A DNA stretch of 64,000 nt from a bacterium (GTDB lineage Archaea; Micrarchaeota; Micrarchaeia; Micrarchaeales; CABMGC01), in contig JAKBPE010000001.1 of NCBI GenBank assembly GCA_021829835.1, positions 352-64,351 on the forward strand, read 5' to 3'. Numbering within the stretch: the first letter of the stretch is position 1; every line of letters begins with the position of its first letter. Below are positions 53,518 through 63,984 of this stretch, piece after piece. A program made the position numbers and the translations under genes. The notes under the pieces are model-generated. The model did no database searches. It was not told the DNA's origin and saw only the letters and a program-made list of their open reading frames with translations.

Positions 53518-54921
53518 TTGATGGACGGAAAAAAAGCAAAAGAAGCAGATAGGATATTCCAACATGTGTTAAAGAATATAAAGCCCAGCAGAGCCGAGGC
53601 CCGCGATATCATATACAATGTAAACAATGTAGTACTGAAGCTCAAGGAGATAGTGCCTGGCAATGTAGAAATAAGGGTAGTGGGCTCGATAGCCAGAAGC
53701 ACTAATCTGAAAGGAGACAGTGATGTTGACGTCTTCATGCTTTTTGACAGAAGCGTAAGCAAAGAAAGTCTCTCGAAGAAAGGGCTTGAATACGGCAGGA
53801 GGCTCGTTGATCCTAAAAAAGGAGAGAGATACGAGATAAAATACGCGGAGCACCCTTATGTGCGCGTATACCTCGAATCGGGAATCAAAGCAGACATAGT
53901 TCCTGCAAGCAAGATTGAGAGTGCAGAGTCAATGGCAACTTCTGTTGACAGGACTCCAATGCATACTGAATTTGTGAATTCATCAATTACAAACAAACAG
54001 AGAGACGATGTAAGACTGCTTAAGTATCTCTTGAAAGCACATGGAATATATGGAGCAGAAGCAAAGACCGGCGGATTCTCAGGGTATCTATGCGAACTCC
54101 TGATAATACAGTTTGGCTCGCTCCTGAAGTTTCTGGAGTGGGCATGCAGGATAAAACCCCCTGTTACACTATATCCTATAATGAAGAAGGCAGTTGCTGA
54201 GGATGAAGAAGCATTCCGAAAATTCGGGAAGAGACTTGTAGTAATAGATCCAGTAGACATAAACAGGAATGTTGCAGCTGCTGTCTCTGAGGAATCTTTT
54301 GCCAAGCTTGTTCTTGTGGCTAGAGCATTTATATCAAATCCTACGCTTAAGTCATTTTACGGAAGTGGCTTCACTTCTTCGAAAAGCGAAGAACTCATTT
54401 ATGGGTTTATGAAAAAATCAGGTTTGCAATTCATAACACTTGAATTCAGAATATCAGATAAGAGCCCTGAGATAATATGGCCGCAGGTAAATAAGACAGC
54501 AAAGAAGATAGAGGATCTTCTGTGTAATAATGGATTTGAGACAGCCTTTAGCGTATCATGGATAGATGGCAATGAAGCACTAATAATGATGGCATTGCCT
54601 ATGCAATCTGTAAAATCAAGAATGATTAAAGGACCAGACATCTTCAAGACAGAGAACACATCACAATTCATAGAGAAGCATGGCAAGGGAATGGGCTTCC
54701 TGATTAAGGAGAGCACCCTTTATGCTCTTGAGAAGAACAGATATCCTGATGCTGAGAGCATATTCGGAGATATTGTGAAAGGAAAGCTGATAGATAAGCA
54801 TAAAGACATAAACCTCAAGAATGCGAAGGTCCTTATCAACAGAATATCCAAGAAGCATGCATATTCTGCATATGTAGAATTGAGTGCAAAACTAAACATT
54901 CGTGGATTTGGTGGAGAATAA
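53518..54921 (+). CDS. cca: CCA-adding enzyme (archaeal class I tRNA nucleotidyltransferase)
   Basis: The nucleotidyltransferase motif is GSIARSTNLKGDSDVDVFMLF, followed by YAEHPYV and TPMHTEF. The 467-aa length is typical of the archaeal enzyme. Confidence 0.88.
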   Translation: MMDGKKAKEADRIFQHVLKNIKPSRAEARDIIYNVNNVVLKLKEIVPGNVEIRVVGSIARSTNLKGDSDVDVFMLFDRSVSKESLSKKGLEYGRRLVDPKKGERYEIKYAEHPYVRVYLESGIKADIVPASKIESAESMATSVDRTPMHTEFVNSSITNKQRDDVRLLKYLLKAHGIYGAEAKTGGFSGYLCELLIIQFGSLLKFLEWACRIKPPVTLYPIMKKAVAEDEEAFRKFGKRLVVIDPVDINRNVAAAVSEESFAKLVLVARAFISNPTLKSFYGSGFTSSKSEELIYGFMKKSGLQFITLEFRISDKSPEIIWPQVNKTAKKIEDLLCNNGFETAFSVSWIDGNEALIMMALPMQSVKSRMIKGPDIFKTENTSQFIEKHGKGMGFLIKESTLYALEKNRYPDAESIFGDIVKGKLIDKHKDINLKNAKVLINRISKKHAYSAYVELSAKLNIRGFGGE

Positions 54922-56632
54922 GAGGCTTGCGGAGATCTTCAATGCCATAGCAGACATGATGGAGATAGAGGAGGAAAAACGTATTTTTGAGATAAAGGCT
55001 TACAGGAAGGCTGCACTCTCCATAGAGTCTATGAGCGAGGACATATCCCATATCTATAAAAGCAGCGGCATTGAGGGGCTGATGGAGATAGACGGCGTGG
55101 GCACAGGCATAGCCAAAAAAATAAAAGAGTACGAGGAAACAGGAAAGGTATCCAAATATGAAGAATACAAGAAAAGGTTTCCTTTTGATATCCTAGCTCT
55201 TATCAGTGTCCAGGGAATAGGCCCGAAGACAGCGTATCTGCTCTACAAGAATTTGGGAGTGAAGACGCTTGATGATCTAAAGAAGGCAGTGTCGAAGCAT
55301 AAGATACAGAAGATGGAGGGCTTGGGGGAGAAGACCGAGAAAAAGATAGCAGAGGGGCTGAATGTCCTTGAGAGAATAAGCGGAAGGATGTCACTTGGTT
55401 TCGCTCTGCCTTATGCGGAACACATTTCAAAATTGATAATGGATTCGGGGCTTGCAGGAAAGGCATGTATTGCAGGTTCGACAAGAAGAATGAAAGACAC
55501 CATCGGAGACCTTGACATACTTGTAACTTCTGAACATCCTGAAAAGATCATGGAGTTTATTTCAAAGATGGATGAAACAGAGGAAGTGATTGCCAGAGGA
55601 GATACCAAGATTACAATAAGACTTGATTCTGGAATCAACTGCGATATACGGGTAATAGAGAAAACCTCTTTTGGCTCTGGCCTGCAGTATTTCACAGGAA
55701 GCAAGGCCCATAATATAAAGGTAAGGAAGATTGCGATAAAGAAAGGATACAAACTCAACGAGTATGGTCTATTTAAGGGAAGTAAGTTGGTTGCAGGGGA
55801 GAACGAAGATGAGGTCTATCAGAAGCTGGGCTTGGAGTGGATGGAGCCTGAGATGCGCGAAGATAGGGGAGAAGTCGAACTTGCCGCCGAGAATAAGCTT
55901 CCCAAGATTATACAGGAAAAAGATATTCTCGGAGACCTGCATGTCCATACCAATTACAGTGACGGAAATGAGAAGATGGAGGATATGGTCATTGAAGCCA
56001 TCCGGCTTGGAAGGCGATACATAGGATTCACAGACCATTCGGAGAGCGAACACATTGCAAACGGAATGGACAGAAAGAAGTTTGAGAAGTATTCCGAAGA
56101 TATAGACAAGCTTAATGATAAGTATAAAGGAAGGATAACCCTACTTAAGAGTTCTGAGACAGACATACTTGCAGATGGAAGCCTTGATTGGGATAATGAT
56201 ATTCTTGAAGAAATGGATTATGTATTGGCAAGCGTACATACGGGGCTTGGAATGTCCAAGGATGAGATGACAGAGAGGATTATAAGGAGTATGGAGAACG
56301 GAGAAGTAGACATACTTGGGCATCCTACGGATAGATTAATAAACAGAAGGCCGCCGATAAATATGGATCTTGAAATGGTCTTTGAAGCTGCTGGAAAATA
56401 TGATGTTGCCCTTGAGATAAACTCTTCGCCTGAAAGGCTTGACCTCAATGATGAGAATATAATTCTTGCAAAAAGGTTTGGGACAAAATTTGCAATAAAC
56501 ACAGATTCACATATGAAATCACACTTAAAATCCATAAGGTATGGGATAGGAATCGCAAAGAGAGGCTGGCTTAGGGCTGAAGACATAATAAACTCCAGGC
56601 CTATCGATAAGCTTAAAAATCTGTTTAGATAG
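54902..56632 (+). CDS. polX: Family X DNA polymerase with C-terminal PHP phosphoesterase domain
   Basis: HhH regions are present (GIGPKTAYLLY). The pol-beta catalytic motif is GSTRRMKDTIGDLDILV. PHP motifs are LHVHTNYSDG and ILGHPTDR. A GTG start overlaps the cca end by 20 nt. Confidence 0.88.
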   Translation: MDLVENKRLAEIFNAIADMMEIEEEKRIFEIKAYRKAALSIESMSEDISHIYKSSGIEGLMEIDGVGTGIAKKIKEYEETGKVSKYEEYKKRFPFDILALISVQGIGPKTAYLLYKNLGVKTLDDLKKAVSKHKIQKMEGLGEKTEKKIAEGLNVLERISGRMSLGFALPYAEHISKLIMDSGLAGKACIAGSTRRMKDTIGDLDILVTSEHPEKIMEFISKMDETEEVIARGDTKITIRLDSGINCDIRVIEKTSFGSGLQYFTGSKAHNIKVRKIAIKKGYKLNEYGLFKGSKLVAGENEDEVYQKLGLEWMEPEMREDRGEVELAAENKLPKIIQEKDILGDLHVHTNYSDGNEKMEDMVIEAIRLGRRYIGFTDHSESEHIANGMDRKKFEKYSEDIDKLNDKYKGRITLLKSSETDILADGSLDWDNDILEEMDYVLASVHTGLGMSKDEMTERIIRSMENGEVDILGHPTDRLINRRPPINMDLEMVFEAAGKYDVALEINSSPERLDLNDENIILAKRFGTKFAINTDSHMKSHLKSIRYGIGIAKRGWLRAEDIINSRPIDKLKNLFR

Positions 56633-56633
56633 A

Positions 56634-56930
56634 GTGTTAGTGATGATAATCAAAAGGCAGATATATAGAGAAGTACATGGAGATCAAGCTGAAGCCGTTC
56701 TAGCTTTGAGGAAGCTTGCAGAGAAATCAGAGCAGGTGGCACAAGAGGCACTGAACAAAGGAAATTATGGAATGGCACAGCAGAAATACCATATTGCTGC
56801 CCTATTTCTCGGCCGTGCAATGGGCCGTTGGCCGCCTGTGGAGGTATTGCGCCAGATAAAAGAAGCACAGGACTTCGCCTTAAAACATGAGTATTTATCA
56901 TCAGTTTTGAAGGGTACTCGGAGAAATTGA
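56634..56930 (+). CDS. Hypothetical helical protein (98 aa, GTG start)
   Basis: The ORF begins 1 nt after the polX stop. I recognised no family, and support comes from its position only. Confidence 0.35.
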   Translation: MLVMIIKRQIYREVHGDQAEAVLALRKLAEKSEQVAQEALNKGNYGMAQQKYHIAALFLGRAMGRWPPVEVLRQIKEAQDFALKHEYLSSVLKGTRRN

Positions 56931-56992
56931 GTCTATACTTTCTGAAGCGTGAAAAAAATAAGGAGATTAGAGGAAACCTGGAAAATAAACAG

Positions 56993-58141
56993 TTACGGAA
57001 GGTATTCCTTGTTTTTTATCTTTTCGCTTATATAATCGTCTACGAAGGTTAACCTTGGCCCTTGGAGGGCATCCTGCTCCAGCTTCTTTTTGGATTTTAT
57101 CATTCGTTCAAGCTCTACCTGCCACTCCTTATGCTTCCGTATCCATTCATAGTCAAGCATCTCCTGAGCTCTCTTCAAGTCTACCTCGGATGCGTTTATG
57201 GTAAGCTTGTTCAAGAAGTCATACTTGTCGAGATCTGACATTGTGACACCTAGAAATCTTGCGCTTGGAGTTGCGACGTCTGATCCTATATATGCAAGAT
57301 TTATACTTCCTGTCTTTATGGTCCAGTAGATATACCATCCCCACGCATCTGAATCAGTAAAAACATAGACAGGCAGTCCCATGTCTGAAAGCTTGCGTAT
57401 AAGCCTCCTTGTGCCTCTTGCTGCCTGGCCTTGTGGAGTTATAAGAATGCAGTTCTCCTTCTTCCAGAAGAGGTCTTCATTGAGGCGCTGCCATAGTGCA
57501 TCCTTCTCGACAACTATGACGTATTTTGCTTTGACATTGACAAATTCTATATCATTGTCGACATCGCTTGGTATAGCCCAGCCACTCCTACCCTGCTTTG
57601 AGCAGTCTATCTCTATCTTTTCATTTCCGAATGTATCGATTATCTTGACATTTCCTGCGAGGACTCCCTTTCTGTTAGCATTCAGATTCAACTCTTCGCG
57701 CTTTAGACCCAAGGAAACTTCAAGATCTTCTATAAGCGGATTTGATTCTGCCTGTTCGCTGAAGACATTCTCATCTATGTCTTCTCCAAGCGAGAATTTA
57801 AGCTGGTAGAATAATCCCCTTATCGTAGTGTGTAGGTTCTCTTTCACGAAGCGGTGGCATTTTGATGCTATCGCTATAGTCTGCATGAATCTTTTTGACT
57901 GAGAGACATTCGTGAAGGTTCTCTCCTCGGTGGAATCGCCGAGCTTCAAATATCCATTCTCCTGGTCAAAGACAACATTGCTCCTTGTTCTTGTAAGAGT
58001 AGTGAATTTAGGGGGCTTCCCTATGTTTATGTCTCTGACTATCGCCGTTCCCATCTCCTCTATTTTCTTATCAGGAAGCAGAGATTTAACTGCAGAATCA
58101 TGGGATTTTGCCTTCTGGGGATTACCGCTTTTTGCTGTCAT
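56993..58141 (-). CDS. top6A: DNA topoisomerase VI subunit A (Spo11 family)
   Basis: The Toprim Glu context is VVEKDALWQRL and the DxD motif is FTDSDAWGWYIY. It has an N-terminal CAP/5Y-CAP-like region (IRGLFYQL) and is 382 aa. Confidence 0.9.
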   Translation of the reverse strand: MTAKSGNPQKAKSHDSAVKSLLPDKKIEEMGTAIVRDINIGKPPKFTTLTRTRSNVVFDQENGYLKLGDSTEERTFTNVSQSKRFMQTIAIASKCHRFVKENLHTTIRGLFYQLKFSLGEDIDENVFSEQAESNPLIEDLEVSLGLKREELNLNANRKGVLAGNVKIIDTFGNEKIEIDCSKQGRSGWAIPSDVDNDIEFVNVKAKYVIVVEKDALWQRLNEDLFWKKENCILITPQGQAARGTRRLIRKLSDMGLPVYVFTDSDAWGWYIYWTIKTGSINLAYIGSDVATPSARFLGVTMSDLDKYDFLNKLTINASEVDLKRAQEMLDYEWIRKHKEWQVELERMIKSKKKLEQDALQGPRLTFVDDYISEKIKNKEYLP

Positions 58142-58142
58142 T

Positions 58143-60131
58143 TCATCTTCCCTTTAGGTTTTTCCCATCAACAACCAGAGGGGCTTTCTCCTTCGAGTCG
58201 CTTGTGATGTATTTTCTAAGTTTTTCCGTTATTGAAATGGATCTGTCACTCTTCTTCAATGCCTCTTCGAGGACATCTGCTATATTCTTTACAGGGACTA
58301 TTTTTATCTTGTGGAGCTCCTTTGCATTTAAGTATATATCCTGTGCGTTGTCAGCAGGTATTATCACTGTCTTTATACCTGCTTCTATTGCCGCAAGGAC
58401 CTTGTTGTTTACTCCGCCCACAGGAAGAACTTCACCCCTGACTGAGAGAGAGCCTGTCATCGCGATCTCCTGGTTGATAGGTATGCCTTCCAGCGCAGAT
58501 ATTACGGCAACTGCTATCGAGATGCTTGCACTGTCGCCTTCAACGCCTTCATATGTCTGAAGGAATTGGACATGAACATCGTAGCTTGCCATATCGCGAT
58601 TCATATGCTTCTTTATTATTGCATTTATGTTCTTGACTGCCTCTTTGGCTATGCTGCCCAGCTTCCCTGTAACTATAAGCTTTCCTTCAGTTCTTGAAGA
58701 TGCAGGAGTTACCTCAGCTACTATAGGAAGGATTATCCCTGCTGAAAGATATGAAGAACCCACCACTGCGAGGCCATTTACTCTGCCAAGCGCAAACCCT
58801 TTTGTCCTGAATATCTTGTAATCTTTCCTGTATTCTATTACCTGTGCTACATACTGGCTCTCTATAGGCTTTGCGAGACCTATCGCAGAGGCTACATCGT
58901 TGGCTTCGACAAGCTTTCTCTTGTGCTCAACTGCTATGTCTCCTGCAGCGCGTATAAGGCCGCCGAGATCCCTCATTACAAGGGTAAGCCTGTTCTTCCT
59001 TCCGCTTCTTCTTTTCGCCTCTTCTATTATTGCCATGCATGCATCATAACTGAATGGAGGTATCTTCTTGTCTTTTTTGATCTCTTGTGCTATGAACCTG
59101 ACTATCTTTTCACGGTTTTGTTCTGTATCTGGCATTGAAGATTCCATGTAGACCTCATACCCATACCCTCTTATTCTTGAGCGCAGCGCGGGATGCATTT
59201 TCTGCATGTCTGGAAGGTTTCCTGCGGCAACAAGAAGAAAATCACATGGCACTCCTTCTGTTCTGACCATTGCGCCTGAACTCATCTCACTCTGACCTGT
59301 TATTGAATATTTCTTTTCCTGCATCGCTGTTAAAAGTTCCTGCTGCGATTTGGGCTCCAGATCTGCAACTTCGTCTATGAAGAGCACTCCTTTATTTGCC
59401 CTGTGTATTGCACCGCTCTCTACCCTGAGGTGAGGTGGTGTTCCTAGACCTCCAGATTGCAGTGGATCATGCCTTACGTCACCGAATAGTGCGCCGGCTT
59501 TTGAGCCTGTTGCGTCTACGAAAGGAGCATGTCTGAGTCCGGTGTTGTCTACTATGAGCTTCGGTTCCCCAGTATCGAACATCCCAGGCATTATGCCCCC
59601 TACGCGTTTGAATCCGCTTACAAATAATGCGACCGCACCGAATATCAATACGCCCAGTATTACTGCGGCAAGTACAAATACCTCATAGCCTTTTATGAAA
59701 TTCATCAATGAAACTACTATAAGCACGCCTACTATAACCGCAACTATGGGAATTATATTGCTCTTGCCTTTGCCTGAGTCAATCCTGTTTTTGGTCCTTT
59801 CACGCTGAATGATCTGCCTTCCTTGGCCATCGGGAAGAGGTTTAGATGGATCTATCTTTTCAGGATATGTCTGTACAACCTTGATAGTAGGCCTGTTTTC
59901 ATCGTTTGGATTTTTGTATACAAGTACATCCTCAATGTCGGTATTTTCCAGAAGTTCTGCCATGCCCTGGGCTAGCATTGTCTTTCCTACTCCAGGCTCG
60001 CCTATCAGAAGAACATTTCTATGCTGTGATGCTGCTTTTTTTGTTATGGCTACTGCTCGCTCCTGGCCTATTACCTGATCAATCATCTTTTCAGGAATCT
60101 TTATTTCGTCGGTGGATTTGAATTTCTTCAT
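58143..60131 (-). CDS. lonB: Archaeal membrane-bound Lon protease (LonB)
   Basis: Walker A is GEPGVGKT and Walker B is VLFIDEV. A two-TM insertion sits inside the AAA+ module ([17 protein letters not shown]...[19 protein letters not shown]). The protease Ser context is [12 protein letters not shown]. Confidence 0.92.
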   Translation of the reverse strand: MKKFKSTDEIKIPEKMIDQVIGQERAVAITKKAASQHRNVLLIGEPGVGKTMLAQGMAELLENTDIEDVLVYKNPNDENRPTIKVVQTYPEKIDPSKPLPDGQGRQIIQRERTKNRIDSGKGKSNIIPIVAVIVGVLIVVSLMNFIKGYEVFVLAAVILGVLIFGAVALFVSGFKRVGGIMPGMFDTGEPKLIVDNTGLRHAPFVDATGSKAGALFGDVRHDPLQSGGLGTPPHLRVESGAIHRANKGVLFIDEVADLEPKSQQELLTAMQEKKYSITGQSEMSSGAMVRTEGVPCDFLLVAAGNLPDMQKMHPALRSRIRGYGYEVYMESSMPDTEQNREKIVRFIAQEIKKDKKIPPFSYDACMAIIEEAKRRSGRKNRLTLVMRDLGGLIRAAGDIAVEHKRKLVEANDVASAIGLAKPIESQYVAQVIEYRKDYKIFRTKGFALGRVNGLAVVGSSYLSAGIILPIVAEVTPASSRTEGKLIVTGKLGSIAKEAVKNINAIIKKHMNRDMASYDVHVQFLQTYEGVEGDSASISIAVAVISALEGIPINQEIAMTGSLSVRGEVLPVGGVNNKVLAAIEAGIKTVIIPADNAQDIYLNAKELHKIKIVPVKNIADVLEEALKKSDRSISITEKLRKYITSDSKEKAPLVVDGKNLKGR

Positions 60132-60478
60132 CGCAACTGAAATATAATCATAGATTAATATTTATATAGATGATTATTTGCTTAGGTAGTCGAGTCACAA
60201 TTTTCTTTCAATAATAGAGGGCTTTTGTTGTGGAATCTACTTTGAGAAGCCTTTCTTCGGGAGGATATGGAAGGCGAACTACCGAACGGTTAAACTGGAG
60301 GTAGTGAGAATAAAAGCGTTTAGAGGGTGGGGAAGATAAATAGATTACTCTAAACGCATCCTTGTATAAGTACAGAAAAGATTAATAAACATTTCGTTTT
60401 TGACTTGTAATTAATAGCTTGATATTTAATGTTTTATATATTACTATAATTTGATATTATTGCAAATGTATACATATA

Positions 60479-61447
60479 ATGACATTGACATTAATTATAG
60501 CGGAACAGCATACGGATTACAAAAAATTGATAAAAATGAAAAAAGAAAGCGATGAAGAAGCAAGACACAAGTTCAAGGGAAGAATCCTGGACATATTGAT
60601 ACTGTCATTGATACTCATAGCCACATTCTTCGTAGTTTTAATACATCTGCAAATATCAGGACAGCGCATTGATACAATTCTCGAGTCTATCATATTTGGA
60701 ATAATCCTAATAGAGATATGCGGGGTCATAATCTATTACTACTTCCAGAAAAGGATAGCACATGAAGAAGCAAGACCTCTCAGAAGCCTCTTTAGGATAG
60801 TTGCATATGTGATTCTGGCAATTATAATACTCACAGAACTGAATGTGAATGTCACAGGAATACTGGTAAGCGCAGGCTTTCTTGGCATAGTCTTAGGTCT
60901 TGCTGCGCAGTCAACCCTTTCGAACTTTATATCAGGAGTATACCTTCTCTCAAGCAAGGCATTTGAGCCTGGAGACAGGGTTATAATACAGACATGGCAG
61001 TACAGCATGATGCCACCAACATATCCGCATGATAAATTCATACCCGGATTTACAGGCACTATCAAGAGCATAGGGGTTCTTTACACAGAGCTCAAGAGCG
61101 TCGAGAGGAGTGAAGAAGACGCTTTGATGCTTGTGCCTAACAGCATAGTGGCTCAGGCACTTGTCATAAACTACCATAAAGAGGCTAAGACAACAACAAA
61201 GCTTCAATTTGATATTGATATGAAGACAGATTATGAAGAAATAAAAAAGATAATAAAGACAGTCATGGACAGTTATGGAAAGAAAGTAGAACATTATTCT
61301 GTAGATGTAGATTCGTTCCATAACACATTTTATGTGATATCGATACACTTGAAAGTCGATGAAATAAACAAGAATACTATTAAGAATAAGATATATGAAG
61401 AACTTATACTATATACAAATAGAAAAGAAAAGAAGAAGCACAGATAA
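60479..61447 (+). CDS. Small-conductance mechanosensitive channel (MscS family)
   Basis: The TM3/beta-domain junction is GIVLGLAAQSTLSNFISGVYLLSSKAFEPGDRV. A start at the internal Met (MKKESDE) is possible. Confidence 0.8.
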   Translation: MTLTLIIAEQHTDYKKLIKMKKESDEEARHKFKGRILDILILSLILIATFFVVLIHLQISGQRIDTILESIIFGIILIEICGVIIYYYFQKRIAHEEARPLRSLFRIVAYVILAIIILTELNVNVTGILVSAGFLGIVLGLAAQSTLSNFISGVYLLSSKAFEPGDRVIIQTWQYSMMPPTYPHDKFIPGFTGTIKSIGVLYTELKSVERSEEDALMLVPNSIVAQALVINYHKEAKTTTKLQFDIDMKTDYEEIKKIIKTVMDSYGKKVEHYSVDVDSFHNTFYVISIHLKVDEINKNTIKNKIYEELILYTNRKEKKKHR

Positions 61448-61458
61448 GAACTTGAATC

Positions 61459-61785
61459 TTAGCTTAATCCTACAAAGGCAGCTCCTACTACTATGATGGT
61501 TATTCCAAGCCACCTCAGTGCAGATATCTGTTCTCCGAGAAAGAAGAATGCAAGAATACTTGCAAATATATAGCTAAGGCTTCCTATTCCGTAGGCCCAG
61601 CTTAGGTGACTTCTGCCAAGTATGTACAAGTATATAACAGTAGAAAGAAGATATGCAATAAGCCCGAATAGGAGATAGTATAGTTGGCTTGAAAGCCCTA
61701 TCTTGAATAGAAGCTGGCCTATACTCCCAAGAAATGTACTTAGTATAAGTATGAAAAGCATCTCTTTTTTGCTATGTGTCTTCAT
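61459..61785 (-). CDS. Small four-TM EamA/SMR-like (DMT superfamily) membrane protein
   Basis: It is 108 aa with four hydrophobic helices. It is paired with a similar upstream gene, as in ArnE/F-type or paired-SMR systems. Confidence 0.55.
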   Translation of the reverse strand: MKTHSKKEMLFILILSTFLGSIGQLLFKIGLSSQLYYLLFGLIAYLLSTVIYLYILGRSHLSWAYGIGSLSYIFASILAFFFLGEQISALRWLGITIIVVGAAFVGLS

Positions 61786-61792
61786 GAAACCA

Positions 61793-62224
61793 TCAATAAG
61801 TAAGCGCGACTATCGTTATTCCGATTATTATTAACAGAATTCCAAAGACTCTCTTCCTGTTGAATTTTTCCCCAAGTAGATATCTGGATATTATGCTCAC
61901 GAATATGAAAGTGCTTGCGAATGTGGGATATACGAATGAGAGTTCACCTGTCTTGAGGGCCTTGAGATAGATTACAAGGCTTACCAGATAGGCTATTCCG
62001 CCTATCCATAATCCCTTATTTCTAAAAAGTTGTTTTATATGGTGCTTCTTAAGATCAAAAACAGGCACATACCGTTTGAAGAGATATTGGGCAAACGCTG
62101 CGAATGCTGCAGCTATGAGTGTTATTGCTATTATTGACTCTTCTTGATACATGATAAGGAAATGCGATACAAGGCTTAAATTCCTTTGTGATTCGCAGAA
62201 ATCCGGGAATGGATAATCTGACAC
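61793..62224 (-). CDS. Small EamA/SMR-like membrane protein (partner of 61459-61785); the likely start is an internal Met (MYQEES)
   Basis: After a non-hydrophobic leader of about 25 aa there are four hydrophobic helices. The genes lie in tandem with a 7-nt gap. Confidence 0.5.
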   Translation of the reverse strand: MSDYPFPDFCESQRNLSLVSHFLIMYQEESIIAITLIAAAFAAFAQYLFKRYVPVFDLKKHHIKQLFRNKGLWIGGIAYLVSLVIYLKALKTGELSFVYPTFASTFIFVSIISRYLLGEKFNRKRVFGILLIIIGITIVALTY

Positions 62225-62228
62225 TGTT

Positions 62229-62768
62229 TTAAATCGTCTTATTTTTGAGATTGAATTCCTTTTTTATCTTTGCTATCTTAGGACGTATTACGAACATGCA
62301 GTATGGTTGGAGCGGATTGAGTTTATAGTAATCTTTATGGTAATCTTCAGAGGGATAGAACTCATCAAGCTTCTTGACTTCGGTTGCTATAGGCTTATCG
62401 AAGTCGCCAGCGATTCCTTTTATGTAATCTTCTATAACTTTCCTGTCTTCCTCTTCTTCATAGAGTATTATAGAACGATATTGCGATCCAACATCAGCGC
62501 CCTGTTTATTGACAGACGTTGGATCATGTGCCTTAAAGAATATTTCCAAGATTGTTTTAAGTGAGATTATATTAGGAAGGTATTCCAGTTTTATAACTTC
62601 TGCATGGCCAGTAGTGCCGTTGCATACTTCCTTGTATGTTGGGTTTTTTGTTCTTCCTCCGGCGTAGCCTGGGTTAATCTTGATAATTCCTTCGAATAAT
62701 TCGAAAACGGCTTCTGTGCACCAGAAACAGCCTCCGCCCAGGACTATTGACCTTGTTTCGTTTCCCAT
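62229..62768 (-). CDS. msrA: Peptide-methionine (S)-S-oxide reductase
   Basis: It has the active-site motif GGGCFWCTEA and the HDPT and GxQY regions. Confidence 0.9.
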   Translation of the reverse strand: MGNETRSIVLGGGCFWCTEAVFELFEGIIKINPGYAGGRTKNPTYKEVCNGTTGHAEVIKLEYLPNIISLKTILEIFFKAHDPTSVNKQGADVGSQYRSIILYEEEEDRKVIEDYIKGIAGDFDKPIATEVKKLDEFYPSEDYHKDYYKLNPLQPYCMFVIRPKIAKIKKEFNLKNKTI

Positions 62769-62897
62769 AATGGTGTTTTGACAATGTCTTATTTAGATGC
62801 ATCTCTTCTTGCTGCAGAATATATATTGAAGAACGGAAGTTGAAATTGGCATTATTTCTTTTTATTTCTTTGTGATAAATTAGTATGAAGTGAGATC

Positions 62898-63266
62898 ATG
62901 GCAGAAGTGAGTTATGAGCCGATAAAAAAAATAGTTGTGCATCATATTGAGAAACTCAATTTGGAGGAATTAGTCATAGCCATGGCAGGTCCTAATCTGC
63001 CTCCTAGAATCTTTTGGCATGATGGAATACTATTCCACATATTTTATTGTGCAGATGCAAGATATAGCGAAGAGCAGATGAAGAAAGGCACACTGGTATG
63101 TAAAAGCATATTCTATGCAGAGCTTCCTGAGTATGAATCTATAATATCGATAAACAGTGAGGCTTTTGGAAGCATAAAGGCATATATAGAAAAGGTCGGT
63201 TGGTCAAAACTATACGCAGATATAGTATTATGGATAAAGGAGTGGAACAGGAAGAACACAGTATAG
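62898..63266 (+). CDS. Hypothetical protein (122 aa)
   Basis: This clean ORF lies between msrA and msrB on the opposite strand. I recognised no family. Confidence 0.4.
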   Translation: MAEVSYEPIKKIVVHHIEKLNLEELVIAMAGPNLPPRIFWHDGILFHIFYCADARYSEEQMKKGTLVCKSIFYAELPEYESIISINSEAFGSIKAYIEKVGWSKLYADIVLWIKEWNRKNTV

Positions 63267-63268
63267 AT

Positions 63269-63634
63269 TTATTCTTTCTCAGGAACGAATACCATAGATA
63301 TTGAATTCACACAGTGGCGAACATTCTTTTTTGTGAAACCTTCGCCTTCAAAGACATGTCCCAGATGTGCACCGCATTTTGCACAGGTTATTTCAGTTCT
63401 TACGCCGTCCTTGTCAGGAGTTCTCTTTACAGCTCCTTTTATCTCTTCGTCGAAACTAGGCCATCCGCAGCCTGAATCGAATTTGGATTCTGATTTATAG
63501 AGCTTTGAGCCGCATCTCTTGCAGAAGTATACGCCTTTTCTGAAATTGCTTTCGTATTCCCCTGAAAAAGGAGGCTCTGTATTTTTGCCGATTATTACAG
63601 CTTCTTCTTCAGGTGTGAGTTTGTTTAGTTTCAT
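63269..63634 (-). CDS. msrB: Peptide-methionine (R)-S-oxide reductase
   Basis: The zinc CxxC pairs are CKRCGSKL and CAKCGAHLGHVF. The catalytic motif is RHCVNS. Confidence 0.9.
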   Translation of the reverse strand: MKLNKLTPEEEAVIIGKNTEPPFSGEYESNFRKGVYFCKRCGSKLYKSESKFDSGCGWPSFDEEIKGAVKRTPDKDGVRTEITCAKCGAHLGHVFEGEGFTKKNVRHCVNSISMVFVPEKE

Positions 63635-63708
63635 AGTTTAGACCATTGTTTCAGTGTCGACTTTATGAAGATATACTGGAAGAGTATGGCTAAATGCATT
63701 GCGCCATT

Positions 63709-63984
63709 TCATATCTCAAATTCGAGATCAAGAAATACAAGGCCTAAGACAGCTATTGTCTGTATTGCCACTATTATGATTCTGTCGCTTGGATACATCA
63801 TGGAAAGATTGCTTATATAACCGGCTAACCAGTCGCTGAATATTGTAGCGAGAATTATCACACATACAAATACCATGAATCTATGGCCTTCGGATATTCT
63901 TCCTTCCCGTGAATGTCTTGCTTTGAAAACGCCGCGATACAATAGATAACGCATAAAGATAGTCGCTGCAAAATAGCTTATCAA
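63709..63984 (-). CDS. Small membrane protein, hypothetical (may extend past the window edge)
   Basis: It is 91 aa with about three hydrophobic helices, and the ORF start lies 16 nt from the window end. Confidence 0.35.
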   Translation of the reverse strand: MISYFAATIFMRYLLYRGVFKARHSREGRISEGHRFMVFVCVIILATIFSDWLAGYISNLSMMYPSDRIIIVAIQTIAVLGLVFLDLEFEI

